NCBI GenBank assembly: GCA_001662655.1
Contig: KV460209.1
Length of the DNA stretch: 64,000 bases
Origin: Pseudogymnoascus verrucosus
Lineage: Eukaryota
Direction: 5' to 3' (one strand)
Position 1 is the stretch's first letter, and each line of letters opens with the position of its first letter. Shown here one piece after another: positions 49,241 through 60,226 of the stretch. Below the pieces are notes generated by a model that searched no databases, was not told where the DNA came from, and worked only from the letters and a program-made list of their open reading frames with translations. The translations under genes were made by a program, and so were the position numbers.

Positions 49241-51112
49241 ATGATTTATAACTCATTTCTGAAGATTTTTATCACAGTCGGGCTGAGCGTCTTGCCTGCT
49301 GCTGGCCAGGCAGTCCCGCCTGTAACAACCGAGAAAGGAGTGTCTGCCTATGCCTTCGACCTCAGCCAAGTTACACTAAGCAGTGGCCGGTGGTTGGATA
49401 ACCAGAAAAGAACGGAGTCCTATCTGAAAGATATTGACATTGAGCGGTTGCTTTACAACTATCGAATCACTCACAAGCTCTCTACCAATGGCGCTGCTAC
49501 CAATGGAGGATGGGATGCACCCGACTTTCCCTTCCGAACTCATATGCAAGGGCATTTTCTCACAGCGTGGTCGCAATGCTATGCCGTCAATAATGACATC
49601 TCATGCAGAGAGAGGGCTATAGACTTCGTAGCGGAGCTCGCTAAATGCCAGGCAAACAACAATGCAGCAGGCTTTAGCACTGGGTACTTGTCTGGGTTCC
49701 CGGAATCTGAATTTGTGGCCCTCGAAGCAGGCACTCTCAGCAATGGCAATGTTCCATACTATGTCGTCCACAAACTAATGGCTGGTTTATTGGACGTGTG
49801 GCGGATTATTGGCGACACCAAGGCTCGAGACGTTCTACTATCGCTGGCTGGCTGGGTCGACACACGCACGAGCAAACTGAGCACCACCCAGATGCAAAAC
49901 ATGCTCGCAACTGAGTTTGGCGGTATGAACGAAGTTCTGGCGGATATTTACCACCAGACGGGCACCACTCGTTGGCTTACAGCTGCTCAGCGCTTTGATC
50001 ATGCTGCTGTCTTTAACCCCCTGGCCTTAAACCAAGATAGTCTCAATGGCTTGCATGCAAATACGCAGGTGCCTAAGTGGATTGGGGCTGCGCGAGAGTT
50101 CAAGGCCACTGGCACGACACGGTACCGAGATATTGCACAGAATGCATGGGACATCACTGTCAACACACATTCGTACGCCATCGGCGGAAACAGCCAAGCA
50201 GAGCACTTCCATGCCCCCAACGCCATTGCTTCATACCTGAATCAAGACACATGCGAGGCGTGCAACACCTACAATATGCTCAAGTTAACTCGCGAGCTAT
50301 GGGTGATGAACCCTTCAAGCGTCTCCTACTTCGATTATTATGAGCTGGCTTTGATGAACCATTTAATTGGCCAACAGAACCCGGCTGACAGCCACGGTCA
50401 TATCACCTACTTCACTCCGCTCAACCCCGGAGGCCGTCGCGGTGTTGGTCCAGCATGGGGTGGCGGGACTTGGAGCACAGATTACGACTCGTTCTGGTGC
50501 TGTCAGGGCACAGGAGTCGAAACAAACACTAAGTTGATGGACTCGATCTACTTCTACGACAGCTCATCGCTCTATGTCAACTTATTTGCACCCTCTGTGC
50601 TAAAATGGACACAGCGGGGACTTACCGTCACCCAGGCCACGACATACCCAGTGACCGATACAACAACTTTAGTGGTTACCGGAACCAGTAGCAGTAACTG
50701 GGCCATGCGAATTCGAATTCCTCAATGGGCTTCAGGCGCTGAGGTTAGCGTTAACGGCCAGAAACAGTCCATCAGCACAGCGTCGGGGACCTACGCTGTG
50801 CTCTCCCGCTCATGGAAGTCTGGGGACACCGTCACAATCCGTCTGCCAATGAAACTGAGAACCGTGCCTGCAAAGGACAACGCAAACATTGCAGCTATAG
50901 CGTATGGGCCGGTTATTCTCTCTGGAAACTATGGCAGCACTTCCCTCAGCTCGGTGCCAACTCTCACGCTGGGCTCGATAAAGCGAAGCTCACAGCTGGC
51001 GTTCACCGCCACTGCAAATGGTCAAACAGTGAACCTCAGCCCATTTTACGATGCCCATGGGTACAATTATAATGTGTATTGGGCAATTAGCGGCCAGCTG
51101 CCAACTGTGTGA
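49241..51112 (+). CDS. Secreted GH127/GH146 beta-L-arabinofuranosidase-like protein (DUF1680)
   Basis: Signal peptide; GHFLTA, EFGGMNE, HANTQVPK, GGNSQAEHF, ACNTYNMLKL and FWCCQGTG motifs; intronless 623 aa. Confidence 0.9.
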   Translation: MIYNSFLKIFITVGLSVLPAAGQAVPPVTTEKGVSAYAFDLSQVTLSSGRWLDNQKRTESYLKDIDIERLLYNYRITHKLSTNGAATNGGWDAPDFPFRTHMQGHFLTAWSQCYAVNNDISCRERAIDFVAELAKCQANNNAAGFSTGYLSGFPESEFVALEAGTLSNGNVPYYVVHKLMAGLLDVWRIIGDTKARDVLLSLAGWVDTRTSKLSTTQMQNMLATEFGGMNEVLADIYHQTGTTRWLTAAQRFDHAAVFNPLALNQDSLNGLHANTQVPKWIGAAREFKATGTTRYRDIAQNAWDITVNTHSYAIGGNSQAEHFHAPNAIASYLNQDTCEACNTYNMLKLTRELWVMNPSSVSYFDYYELALMNHLIGQQNPADSHGHITYFTPLNPGGRRGVGPAWGGGTWSTDYDSFWCCQGTGVETNTKLMDSIYFYDSSSLYVNLFAPSVLKWTQRGLTVTQATTYPVTDTTTLVVTGTSSSNWAMRIRIPQWASGAEVSVNGQKQSISTASGTYAVLSRSWKSGDTVTIRLPMKLRTVPAKDNANIAAIAYGPVILSGNYGSTSLSSVPTLTLGSIKRSSQLAFTATANGQTVNLSPFYDAHGYNYNVYWAISGQLPTV

Positions 51113-51627
51113 TGGTAGCCAGAAATAGGCGGGATCGAAGTTGAGATCGACGTCAACCGGATGAGTGCTATTTTGGATTTTGGGCCTGGGCTGGGTGAAT
51201 GAGAAAGTAGTTCAGACTCAAATCTTGATTTGGATTTCATCCGACATCTTTCAACGCCACCCTTCCGCATTAAGAGATTAGGGACTGTGATGCATAATGT
51301 AGTGTCTGTTTCATATCCATCGTTGGATCTCATTGCTGATTACCATCATTGATTACATAGCCAGTATGTCCCGTGTCGGACCGCCTCGCTTACCCCCCAC
51401 TATGCTTAATTGACATCGCTCCCGCCCTCGTGGAATATTGGTTTAGTAATCATTGGTGCCGCCTCCTCCTGCAACAGTGTTAGCAATCATGGTTTATAAT
51501 TTTTGCCTCACTGTAATATTGATGACTTCTTATATGTCAAGCTGGACTTCTTCTTGAAAAAGTACAGAATGATCCGAATGTAATGCTATATTCGTCGATT
51601 TCTCTCTCACCGTTGAAGCCACGCATA

Positions 51628-53255
51628 ATGGCAAGGGTAGGCGGGCATGTTCCAGGTTCGAGCGCAAGGTGCGATGAATGCAGAAGGCGCCGAAAAAAGG
51701 TAGGGGCATCATTGAACCGTCAAATGTAAGCATGAAACTGATATATGGATAGTGTGATCTCTTAGAACCGCAATGCGGGCGCTGTAAAAAAAGTGGGATC
51801 AGATGTAGTGGTCCTAAGCAAGCGGCGATCTTCGTTCATCGTCATGCCGACTCTTTCAACGCTCACACCCAACGGGGAGCACTGATCCAAGCATATCAGC
51901 AACGCGGAGCCACTATGGAGCATTCGGGGCAGTTTTTTGATACTACTATGCTTTGGATTCGATATTTGCGATGTCTTCTCGCAGAGCGCCAATGGTCTTC
52001 CTCACTCACCCTCGACGAAAATGTTGGGCTATCTTACAAAACCTCCTACGAACTTGTATATCAGACACTTCTGAACGACTTTAGGCCTAAAAATCAAGGA
52101 ATCTTTAGTGGCGACCGTATAGAAGGCATAGGAACGAAGCACTATTCGAACATTGCGACTTGCGTTCGGGCTCTGCTTCCACTCTCAAGCCTGCGTATTC
52201 CGACACTGGACCATTCGCTGCTCAGCCTCTTGAGCTTGTATTATGGGAGCTTGCATGGTGACGCTGGTTTGGAGGAGTTTGCCTACTCAAGCTACACTAT
52301 AGCATTGGGGCAATATTCCCTCCTCCTAAACCGCTTCTTGTCCAAAGACACGGAAGTATCTACGCCTGCCTACCAAGCGTTTGTATACATATCGATCTCG
52401 ATGCTCATGTTTGAACACTTAAGAGCGGCGGCGACTCAGAGCGCTGAATATCTGCCGCACATGCAAGGCGCCCTGGCAGCTTTACAGGCCTGTGGACCAC
52501 AGCCTCTGCTAACATCATGTGGCATGCAAAAGGCATTCTGTGGTCTTCGTGGCGTTGCAGTTTTCACTGCCATAGAACAACGAGAGCAGACATTTTTAGC
52601 TGAGCCGGACTGGTTAAACATCCCTTTCGAGAACGTTATCAAATCGACACGCGACCGCTTGACAGACATAGGAGTACACATCCCAAACCTGCTGCAGTGT
52701 TTCGATCTGTTTTCCGCCAATACTACCACTGGGTATACCGATCGAGACTTTGAGACCGGAATGTCTCTGCTTACACAAATTACCGACTTGGAGCAAAAAT
52801 TTGAAGGGTGGCTATCCGCGCTCGAAACCACAACTTCGGAACCGCTATACTGGTCCCGCAGTTTGCCTACGACACTTGATCGCAAACACCATGACCCTGA
52901 ATGTGTGCCAAAATACTCCAACAAGTTCCATCAACTTGTCTTCCATTCGGGGCCAGTTGCTGGTCTACTTGTTCACTACTGGAGTTTCCGCCTACAGCTT
53001 GGTATGACTTCAATTAAGTTGCAGCAGAGTTTGCTCAGCCATGTCGGCCAGGTGCCAGAGCTGATGCTGGTCCAAGAAAAATTATCTCAGGACCTGCGGA
53101 GTCAACAAGAATCAGCTGATAGTACTGCACAGCTTATCCTTGGAGCAGAGCCGTCACTTAGCAGCTGTTTCGAAGGGTTTGTATGCCTACAACCGCCTCT
53201 TAGAATTGTGACCAGCTATTTCGAGAGCTTGAATCCACCACTGGCGGTCGTCTGA
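51628..53255 (+). CDS. Zn(II)2Cys6 transcription factor
   Basis: Exon 51628-51699, intron 51700-51752 and exon 51753-53255 give CDECRRRRKK|CDLLEPQCGRCKKSGIRC, in frame with the 446-aa ORF (fungal TF middle domain). Confidence 0.9.
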
Positions 53256-53458
53256 AATCCTACAAACATAGACTATTTTGTGTATTGGAGTTGAGCACAT
53301 ATGAATAATATACAAAGGACTGGGGTTTAGAACGGAAGCAAACAGCTGGTCTCACGAAGAAAACGGACAAGAGGGAGAAACTCTGCTCTAACCCAAGCAC
53401 TGTGTGTTATCAAACAGACTGATTGTTAACTAAATTCCCATTCGGATATCTTCCATAT

Positions 53459-54685
53459 CTAGGCCACTTTTGGTAGCAAGAGCGGAGACCAATCCTCGTT
53501 TCTGATGTACTGCTCAATTCTAGTTACCGGGACATCGAAGTCGAGCTTTGCAAGCGAGAAAAGTTAGTTCAGCATACAGCAACATGTGTTTATTTGTTTT
53601 CGCCTGACACTTACTTGTTGGACGGTAATGATGGACGGATCACCACCATCATAGCCGAAGTCTTGGGAATATGCGTACATCTCGGCGATCTCTTCCCCGT
53701 ACCCCCCTGGTGCGAGTTTAGAGTGCTCCAACACCGTCGTCTTTTCAAAGGTGGCTGGGACGCCTGTGACCTTGCTCCAAAGCTTGACATAGTCGGACCA
53801 GGTAAGTCGATCACCGAAGGCCATGAGATTTGTACCGGCTGGTAGCTTTGTGAGAGCCTTGACGAAATGACCTGCGTCGGAGGGAACAACGAGAGGGATT
53901 GGAACGTCACCATTACCAGGGACTCGCAGTATCATCGACCCATCCGTGCGCTATTTACACGTTAGAGAGGGATTCTTGGAACGAAAGATGGATCAATATA
54001 AAAACCTTTTCCCAAGGAACAGAGGACTGACCCCATTTCCAATTGGTGACATATAGGCCCATCTGGAGAATCGACATCTTCTTGGCCAGTTGTGGGTGTA
54101 CACTATTGATATAGTCGACTACATGCGCCTTTGAGTCGAAGTGGAAGACGCCCTTATACTTTCCTCCACTCCATTTTGTCGCGGCTGATAAGGAAGACCA
54201 AACGAACAAGTCGAGATTATCTACTGTGGCGACAGCATCAGCGATATTTTTCCCCTGCTGCAGCTCCTTCTCATAACACCACTCTCGAAGAGTCTGGCCT
54301 GCTGAAAGCTTGGCCACATGTGCTTCAGCTGGGTTTGAGAATGCCTCTGAGAACGCGGTGTTTCCATACACAATGGAAGCCCCTTGGACAGCAGCCTTGA
54401 TGGAGTCGACATCGTCTACATCTCCCTTGACTATTTCAATGCCCTTGGCAGCGAGAGCTTTGCTTGCAGGCTTAGAAGGATCTCGAGTAACACCCCTTAT
54501 CTTCCATCCACCATCGTTGAGGAAGACATTTGCAACAGAAGAGCCCTGTGGGGATCTAGTTAGAAATTGGCTTCCCCGAGGAAACAAAGGCAGGAATTAA
54601 GATGTCGACGTTCAATGACAACAATAAGAAAAGCCAAGCATACCTCATTGCCAGTGATGGCGATAATCACAATGAGTTTTGTCAT
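53459..54685 (-). CDS. NmrA-like (HSCARG-type) NAD(P)-binding protein
   Basis: MTKLIVIIAITGN..GSSVA, KIRGVTRDPSK, QGKNIADA, FVWSSL and HFDSKA motifs; three introns. Confidence 0.88.
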
Positions 54686-55255
54686 ATTGCTAGAAGTTGA
54701 TACACAATATATAGGGATGCAAATATTTTGAGCTATGTGTGTAATCTTGCTTCCAAAGACAGCCCAATTTATAGAAAATGCTACCCCGCTAGTTCAGATG
54801 GTCGTACAGTCCATGTTGAAAATATGATTCAGCATATTCTGGATAAGCGGTCAAATAGGGTAGGCCGCTAATTTCAGCTGATAAATCACTGCAATTCAGA
54901 GGACTGCAGAATATCCAAGTTACATCATAATTTTTATTACAAATTATGATTAGTATGAAGATATATGCAGGATCCCAGTAAGGAAAGAAGGGCGCGGTGG
55001 CTTGCATACTACTTCGACTAGGGTAATACAGAGTCCCTTGACCATGTAGGCGCAGTCATCGTTCTAAATCCCCTCGACTACCTCGGACAATTATACCGCA
55101 GCTGTGGTGTCATTCTAGCGTCTTTCAGAAGACTGGCCAGCGCCTTTGTTCCGCGATCCGGAATAAGTCGAGATATATATATATCCCAATAAATTCCAAT
55201 GTAAATATTCTAATTATTTCTCAAACGTCTCCAGGAAATTCAAACAATTCTGACC

Positions 55256-55739
55256 ATGTCAAAGACGCCGATTTATCTTATTTCTGTCAATAAGACCCCA
55301 GAACGAGCAGCTTTGCTTGTAGGTCAGCTCCTCGACAGTCTTGACAACAACAATCATGGCATTGTCCATATTGCAAATGCCTCAAGTGAGTTGGTCTCGT
55401 TCGAGCGTGAATGCAGTTACTGATGGGAATTTTCATAAAGCGCTCCAAGAGCTTGAAGTGGTAGTAGATACCCTCGTGTATCCTCCTGGGATTTTGGTAT
55501 TTTCCCCTGGAATGATTGTTATTTGAAACTACAACAAGCTGACTACAAGGCAGATTTGCTCTAGTCAATGGACAGCCGAAGAACAAGATCAGGCAGTTAC
55601 GATTGCAAAGGCTTCATTGTCAAACATCGGCGTCATCACCATTCCTCCAGGACTTGATGTACGTGAAGGCAGTGAAGGAATCTTAAGTTTTCTCAAGGGC
55701 GCAATTCAGAATTTAGAAGTAGCGGACGATAGCAAATAG
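55256..55739 (+). CDS. Small (123 aa) hypothetical alpha/beta protein, three exons
   Basis: Exons 55256-55385, 55441-55496, 55554-55739 give MSKTPIYLISVNKTPERAALLVGQLLD...HIANASTLQELEVVVDTLVYPPGILICSSQWTAEEQ...VITIPPGLDVREGSEGILSFLK...; TATA upstream; missed by the ORF track. Confidence 0.8.
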
Positions 55740-55918
55740 TCGAAGTAAATTATATGTTTTTTTAGGTGGGATGGTCGGTAATGATTTTTGATATCAATAT
55801 GAAGTGTGTAGAGTAGTACGTATGTAATCACACACTATCTATTATGCGGTTTAATTTGATAATTTTATTGATTAGCTATCTCACGTTTATCACCGATCTC
55901 CTCAAACTTTCCCAGCGC

Positions 55919-56479
55919 CTAGAATATTTTATTCTCAACTGGTACATATGGCTTCTCCCATGCCTCCGCTCGACGCCACCACTGCTCTTTGAAGGGCCGC
56001 TGCAATCCTTGCTCAGAGTTACCAAATAACCCTCCTTTTACGAAGGTAATGCTTGGATTCTCTGTAACTGTGGTACAGATTGGCCTAGAATTATGCCACG
56101 AATTAGTTAATGTCAAGTACGGAGTATCAGCAACGTCGCATTGGTCATGGCTTACGATCCGCACCGCGGGCAAAAATGCCTATTTGAATGGTTACCAGAG
56201 GCAGCTTCAGTGCTGTAAACACTGGGAATAAGCTCGCCACTGAGTCCGACATTGGAGGAAGGCACAATTAAATTGACTTGAAATCTAGAATTCCGTTACT
56301 TTCTTGGGGCCAAATGGGAATGCGGCTTCGAAATCGGCAGTTTCTTACAGAGTTCCCCCTGATGCGCGGCAGTCAAGACAATGACAGAGGGAGACATTGA
56401 CTGGAAGTTTGGGCTGACGAACCGTGACGACGATACCGCCACAATTGCAGTGGCCTTGTAAAGGAGGAAGTGAGGCCAT
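55919..56479 (-). CDS. GFA/CENP-V (Mss4-like) Zn-binding protein
   Basis: Exons 56479-56349, 56284-56156, 56084-55919 give GHCNCG, CHCLDCR, RHFCPRCGSP and VKGGLF...P.KEQW; only fragments appear in the ORF track. Confidence 0.9.
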
Positions 56480-56685
56480 ATTGTAATAAAACTTGCAGCA
56501 GCCAAAAATTTATTTGACGAAAGACAAAGGCATATCTATATCTCTCGATATTCAGCAGATATTATTAACGTACGAGATGCAGAATACGGGTCAACACGTT
56601 GAACAGAAAGCAGCATGCTTGTCGCGGCGGAGTTGTAAGCTTGGCTAGTGCGGCTTCTATTGGTAGAGGGGTCTGTACGTATATT

Positions 56686-57155
56686 TTTAGCGCCATACTT
56701 TAAATCAGATCGACGGCACTAGTATCGACATGGAAGTAAGAGCGCTACCCTTAGAAATACCGCTGGCTGACATGAACTATCGTACATAGCCTATTAGATC
56801 CCAGCGCCTCTATGAACCACTCTATATCTTCGATCCAAAATTACCCCTCCTGACATGACCATTTTGGACAAAGGAGCGCTCCTGCGGTGTCTTGCCTTAC
56901 ATCGTACCCTGTATATACCTACCATTTACTAATCATACTTTTGGCGCTACTGTAGATTAGATCAACGCACCAGTATCGATACGGAAGTAAGAGCGCTACA
57001 CTTGAGAATAGCCATTGCCAACGACCTGCATTGTCATGCCTCCCTAGCTCGCATTCCATCTTCGATCTAAATTACTCCCTCTGACATCACTATTTTGGAA
57101 ATGGGAGCGCCATAATGGCTTATGTTACATTGCATCCTGTCCCGACCTGCCGTCA
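56686..57155. repeat. Diverged ~250-bp tandem duplication in the GFA/isochorismatase divergent promoter
   Basis: Paired blocks agtatcga...ggaagtaagagcgctac (~56721, ~56972), atcttcgatc..aaattac (~56826, ~57058), ctgacat..c.attttgga and ggagcgc. Boundaries approximate. Confidence 0.8.
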
Positions 57156-57283
57156 AGTAATTATGGCATAGTGTATGTAGTGACTATATAAGTGAACATT
57201 AATTCTATGCCATAGAAATTAACCCAACATTACAAACAGCCCTACCAACTATTTTTTATCACCATAACACCCAGCAACCAGAC

Positions 57284-58068
57284 ATGGCTCAGAAGACAGC
57301 TCTCGTACTCATTGACGTGTACAATGACTTTCTCCATCCCGATGGCAAAGCAACTGCTGCACTCAACGATTCTCTAACCAATTCTGACACAGTTGCCCAC
57401 ATTCAACAGGCTCTACAAGCTGCCCGCGCTGCTAAAATCCCTGTTTACTACAGCCTGCATCAGCAATATCACGACGGCAAGTACGCGGGGTTTGAACGCT
57501 GGAATCCGATGTTGCGCAGTGTTGAGAGCTCCCACTCCTTCGAAGAGGGAACATTCGGCGCCGAAATCTACAAGGGTCTCGAACCGGACCCAAAAAGTGG
57601 AGATGTTGTGATATCTAAACATTGGAACCAAAGGTGAGTATTTTAGATAGTCATGGCTCGCCGGATGCCTAGCTAACCGTGATCCCAGCTCGTTCAAAAA
57701 CACCGACCTTGATTGGCAGCTTCGGCAGCGGAACATCACCGATCTCGTATTTGCTGGGCTCGTTGCAAACACATGCATTGAAACCACTGCTCGAATGGCA
57801 AATGAAGAGTGAGTAGTAAAGCAAATCGACGAACGTTTGAAAATATAGTACTAACATTTCGTTCATAGGGGATATAAGGTCACGATGCTGTAAGTCTCAT
57901 GGTCTGGTAATTTCGAGACATAAACATATTACTAACGCTAGGGATTATAGAAATGATGCCACCGCTGGCTGGACTATAGAGTCAATGAAGGCAGCTGTAG
58001 AGCATAGTTGGCCATCGTTTGCGCATGAAGTTATTTCCACTGGGGAATGGCAGAAACGACTAGCTTAG
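57284..58068 (+). CDS. Isochorismatase-family cysteine hydrolase
   Basis: TALVLIDVYNDF, SKH, SSFKNTDLD..LRQR, AGLVANTCIETTAR (Asp-Lys-Cys triad intact); three introns. Confidence 0.92.
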
Positions 58069-58188
58069 CTACTGCATGCTTTCGTCGATAGTAGCAATAG
58101 ACATATGAGAAAGGTGATGTATGGAGTCAATATACAGCATTTCTAAATTTCTTGACTTTCATATGATGAAATTCCCATAGTATGTTGG

Positions 58189-59775
58189 CTACGTACCTAC
58201 CAACCTGAAACTGGGACCTAAGTTCCCTCCCTGACTTGCCTGGGTTTCCATCCTCACAATTTCACTTCGAAGCTCATCAATTTCTGTCTCCATATCTGCC
58301 CTATTCTTATCCTCTGCTGTATTTCTCATTTCCTTTGGCATGTTCTTCTGAAGGTCGGTAGTGCTCGTATTCAAGACAGATGGTTCACCGTTGGAATCCT
58401 GTTGCAAACCATTGGCTTTGCTTCCGTCGTCGCTGGGTCCTAAATGATCATTCGGTTCGCGCTCGAGCTTCAATGCCACCTCAATACGTAGACGCATCGC
58501 CTCCTGGGCAGCTTCTTCAGCTACGACGGCAAAGTGACAGCGCCTGTAGACACCGATAGCGGTGGCGACGAGACCAATTACCTCGTAGGCGAATAGAATT
58601 GGCAGGGCATAATGAAGGTGTGGGTTGCAACCGCTGGACCAGTTATTCGTGAGTGCTTCGTATGCCTCATGCGCTGGCAAAGCATATGCCCAACGGTAGA
58701 ATGAGGGCGAGAGACTGAACGGTAACAAAATGGACGTGACATTGGTTATAATCCAGCTAATGAGCGCCATGGGGATGTACTGGGGTGGAAGCCAGATAGT
58801 GAAGACGTCGATGGCGAGGAAATTGACGTGAGCGAAAAGCCATATTATTAGCCAGTTGATGGCGAATTGTTTTCCTGAAAGGATCCAACCGTCCTTGAAC
58901 GCCCAGATGGCGGCGGATACAAGCAACGAGCCAACCATGGTGAATGTACCAGAGATGATATCCCGGGTCAGAATAATTCGCGTAGGCGATATTTTGTTGT
59001 AGATTTTGAACTGCGCGTAGAGTCCGTTAATACTGGCAAGATAGAAAAAATCTTGGATCAGGATTAGCACTATGCATATCGTATTGTACACGGCCCGAGA
59101 TCCTTGAGTCGTCAGCTGAATGTTTATGGATGATAGAGTCCAAGGGTTCGCGTAGGTGAATAAGGCAGTTGTATCATTTGGCTGGATCGTAGCCAGTGCA
59201 AAAGTGCTATTGCGAGCTGTGTAGGCGACACGAGCAGCATTGGAGAGCATCTGAAGGTTGCTGGAAATGGCGCCGTCAAGAACAGTCGGGTATCTGGCCT
59301 CATTCCAGATGTAAAATAGTACATTGGATTCATTGTGCTGCGATGCGGCTCCTGAGAGTGCATCTCCCAGCCCCTTGGAGGAACCAGGAGCGGTATACAG
59401 CACTGCCCAGTATGAAGTATCACACACAGCCTGTCTCAATTCTTTCTCAGATGGGAATTCGTCTCTCGAGTGCTCGATAAGAGTGGGAAAGCCATCCGAC
59501 TGTAGAGTCCTGTAGGCATCACGTACAGCATCGCCAATCACTCCGCCATCATAATCCACCCACAGCACGTTCAGAGAGTGTGAGCGCGACGTTTGCTGAA
59601 ACAAGGAGCCGAAAAGATAGCAAAGAAGGCCAAAGAAGAGAAGCTGAAGAAGGACAAAGTTTAGCGCAGCTGCTTGGAAGAAGCTGGCACGACTTGTTTT
59701 CAGCGATGGATGGGTAGCAGCCATCCTTTTTTTGCTGGCGAGAGGGTAGGTGTTTTGGAGGAGTAAAGGTAGCAT
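58189..59775 (-). CDS. SNG1-like (DUF3533) multi-pass membrane protein
   Basis: VDYDGG, WNEARYP, several TM helices, FYRWAYALPAH motif; intronless. The start could instead be the ATG at 59865. Confidence 0.8.
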   Translation of the reverse strand: MLPLLLQNTYPLASKKRMAATHPSLKTSRASFFQAAALNFVLLQLLFFGLLCYLFGSLFQQTSRSHSLNVLWVDYDGGVIGDAVRDAYRTLQSDGFPTLIEHSRDEFPSEKELRQAVCDTSYWAVLYTAPGSSKGLGDALSGAASQHNESNVLFYIWNEARYPTVLDGAISSNLQMLSNAARVAYTARNSTFALATIQPNDTTALFTYANPWTLSSINIQLTTQGSRAVYNTICIVLILIQDFFYLASINGLYAQFKIYNKISPTRIILTRDIISGTFTMVGSLLVSAAIWAFKDGWILSGKQFAINWLIIWLFAHVNFLAIDVFTIWLPPQYIPMALISWIITNVTSILLPFSLSPSFYRWAYALPAHEAYEALTNNWSSGCNPHLHYALPILFAYEVIGLVATAIGVYRRCHFAVVAEEAAQEAMRLRIEVALKLEREPNDHLGPSDDGSKANGLQQDSNGEPSVLNTSTTDLQKNMPKEMRNTAEDKNRADMETEIDELRSEIVRMETQASQGGNLGPSFRLVGT

Positions 59776-60226
59776 CGTGAAGGTAGTATGGACCTTAAGT
59801 GTGCTTGTTACTGGCTGGGTAGGGCCAACCGGGCAAAATGAAGCCGAGGAAAGCTTTGTATGCATTGGGTTTGCAAGTGTGGACCAAGATGATTATATAC
59901 AGGCAGCTAAGAGCCACCTCCTGCTCACGAAGGCTAGAACCTAGCCGTTAGCGTAATTATATTCATACGGCGCCTTGTAAGTAAAATACCTTCCCATTCT
60001 TAAAGTAGTATGGCTGGATTAGTCAAGTGTCAGCCTGCATTACGGTGGGTTTATATGGGATACGAATATTGACGCTAAATTTCCGAAACAGGCAATATGT
60101 GCGCCTGCCCCATTAACAGCGAAGGCGATTGCTAGCAAACGACTATATATACTGCCATAGAAATTACATTTAAATCGCCGAACTGTTCAGAATAAGATAC
60201 AAAGCGCACTTTATACTCTAATAAAC

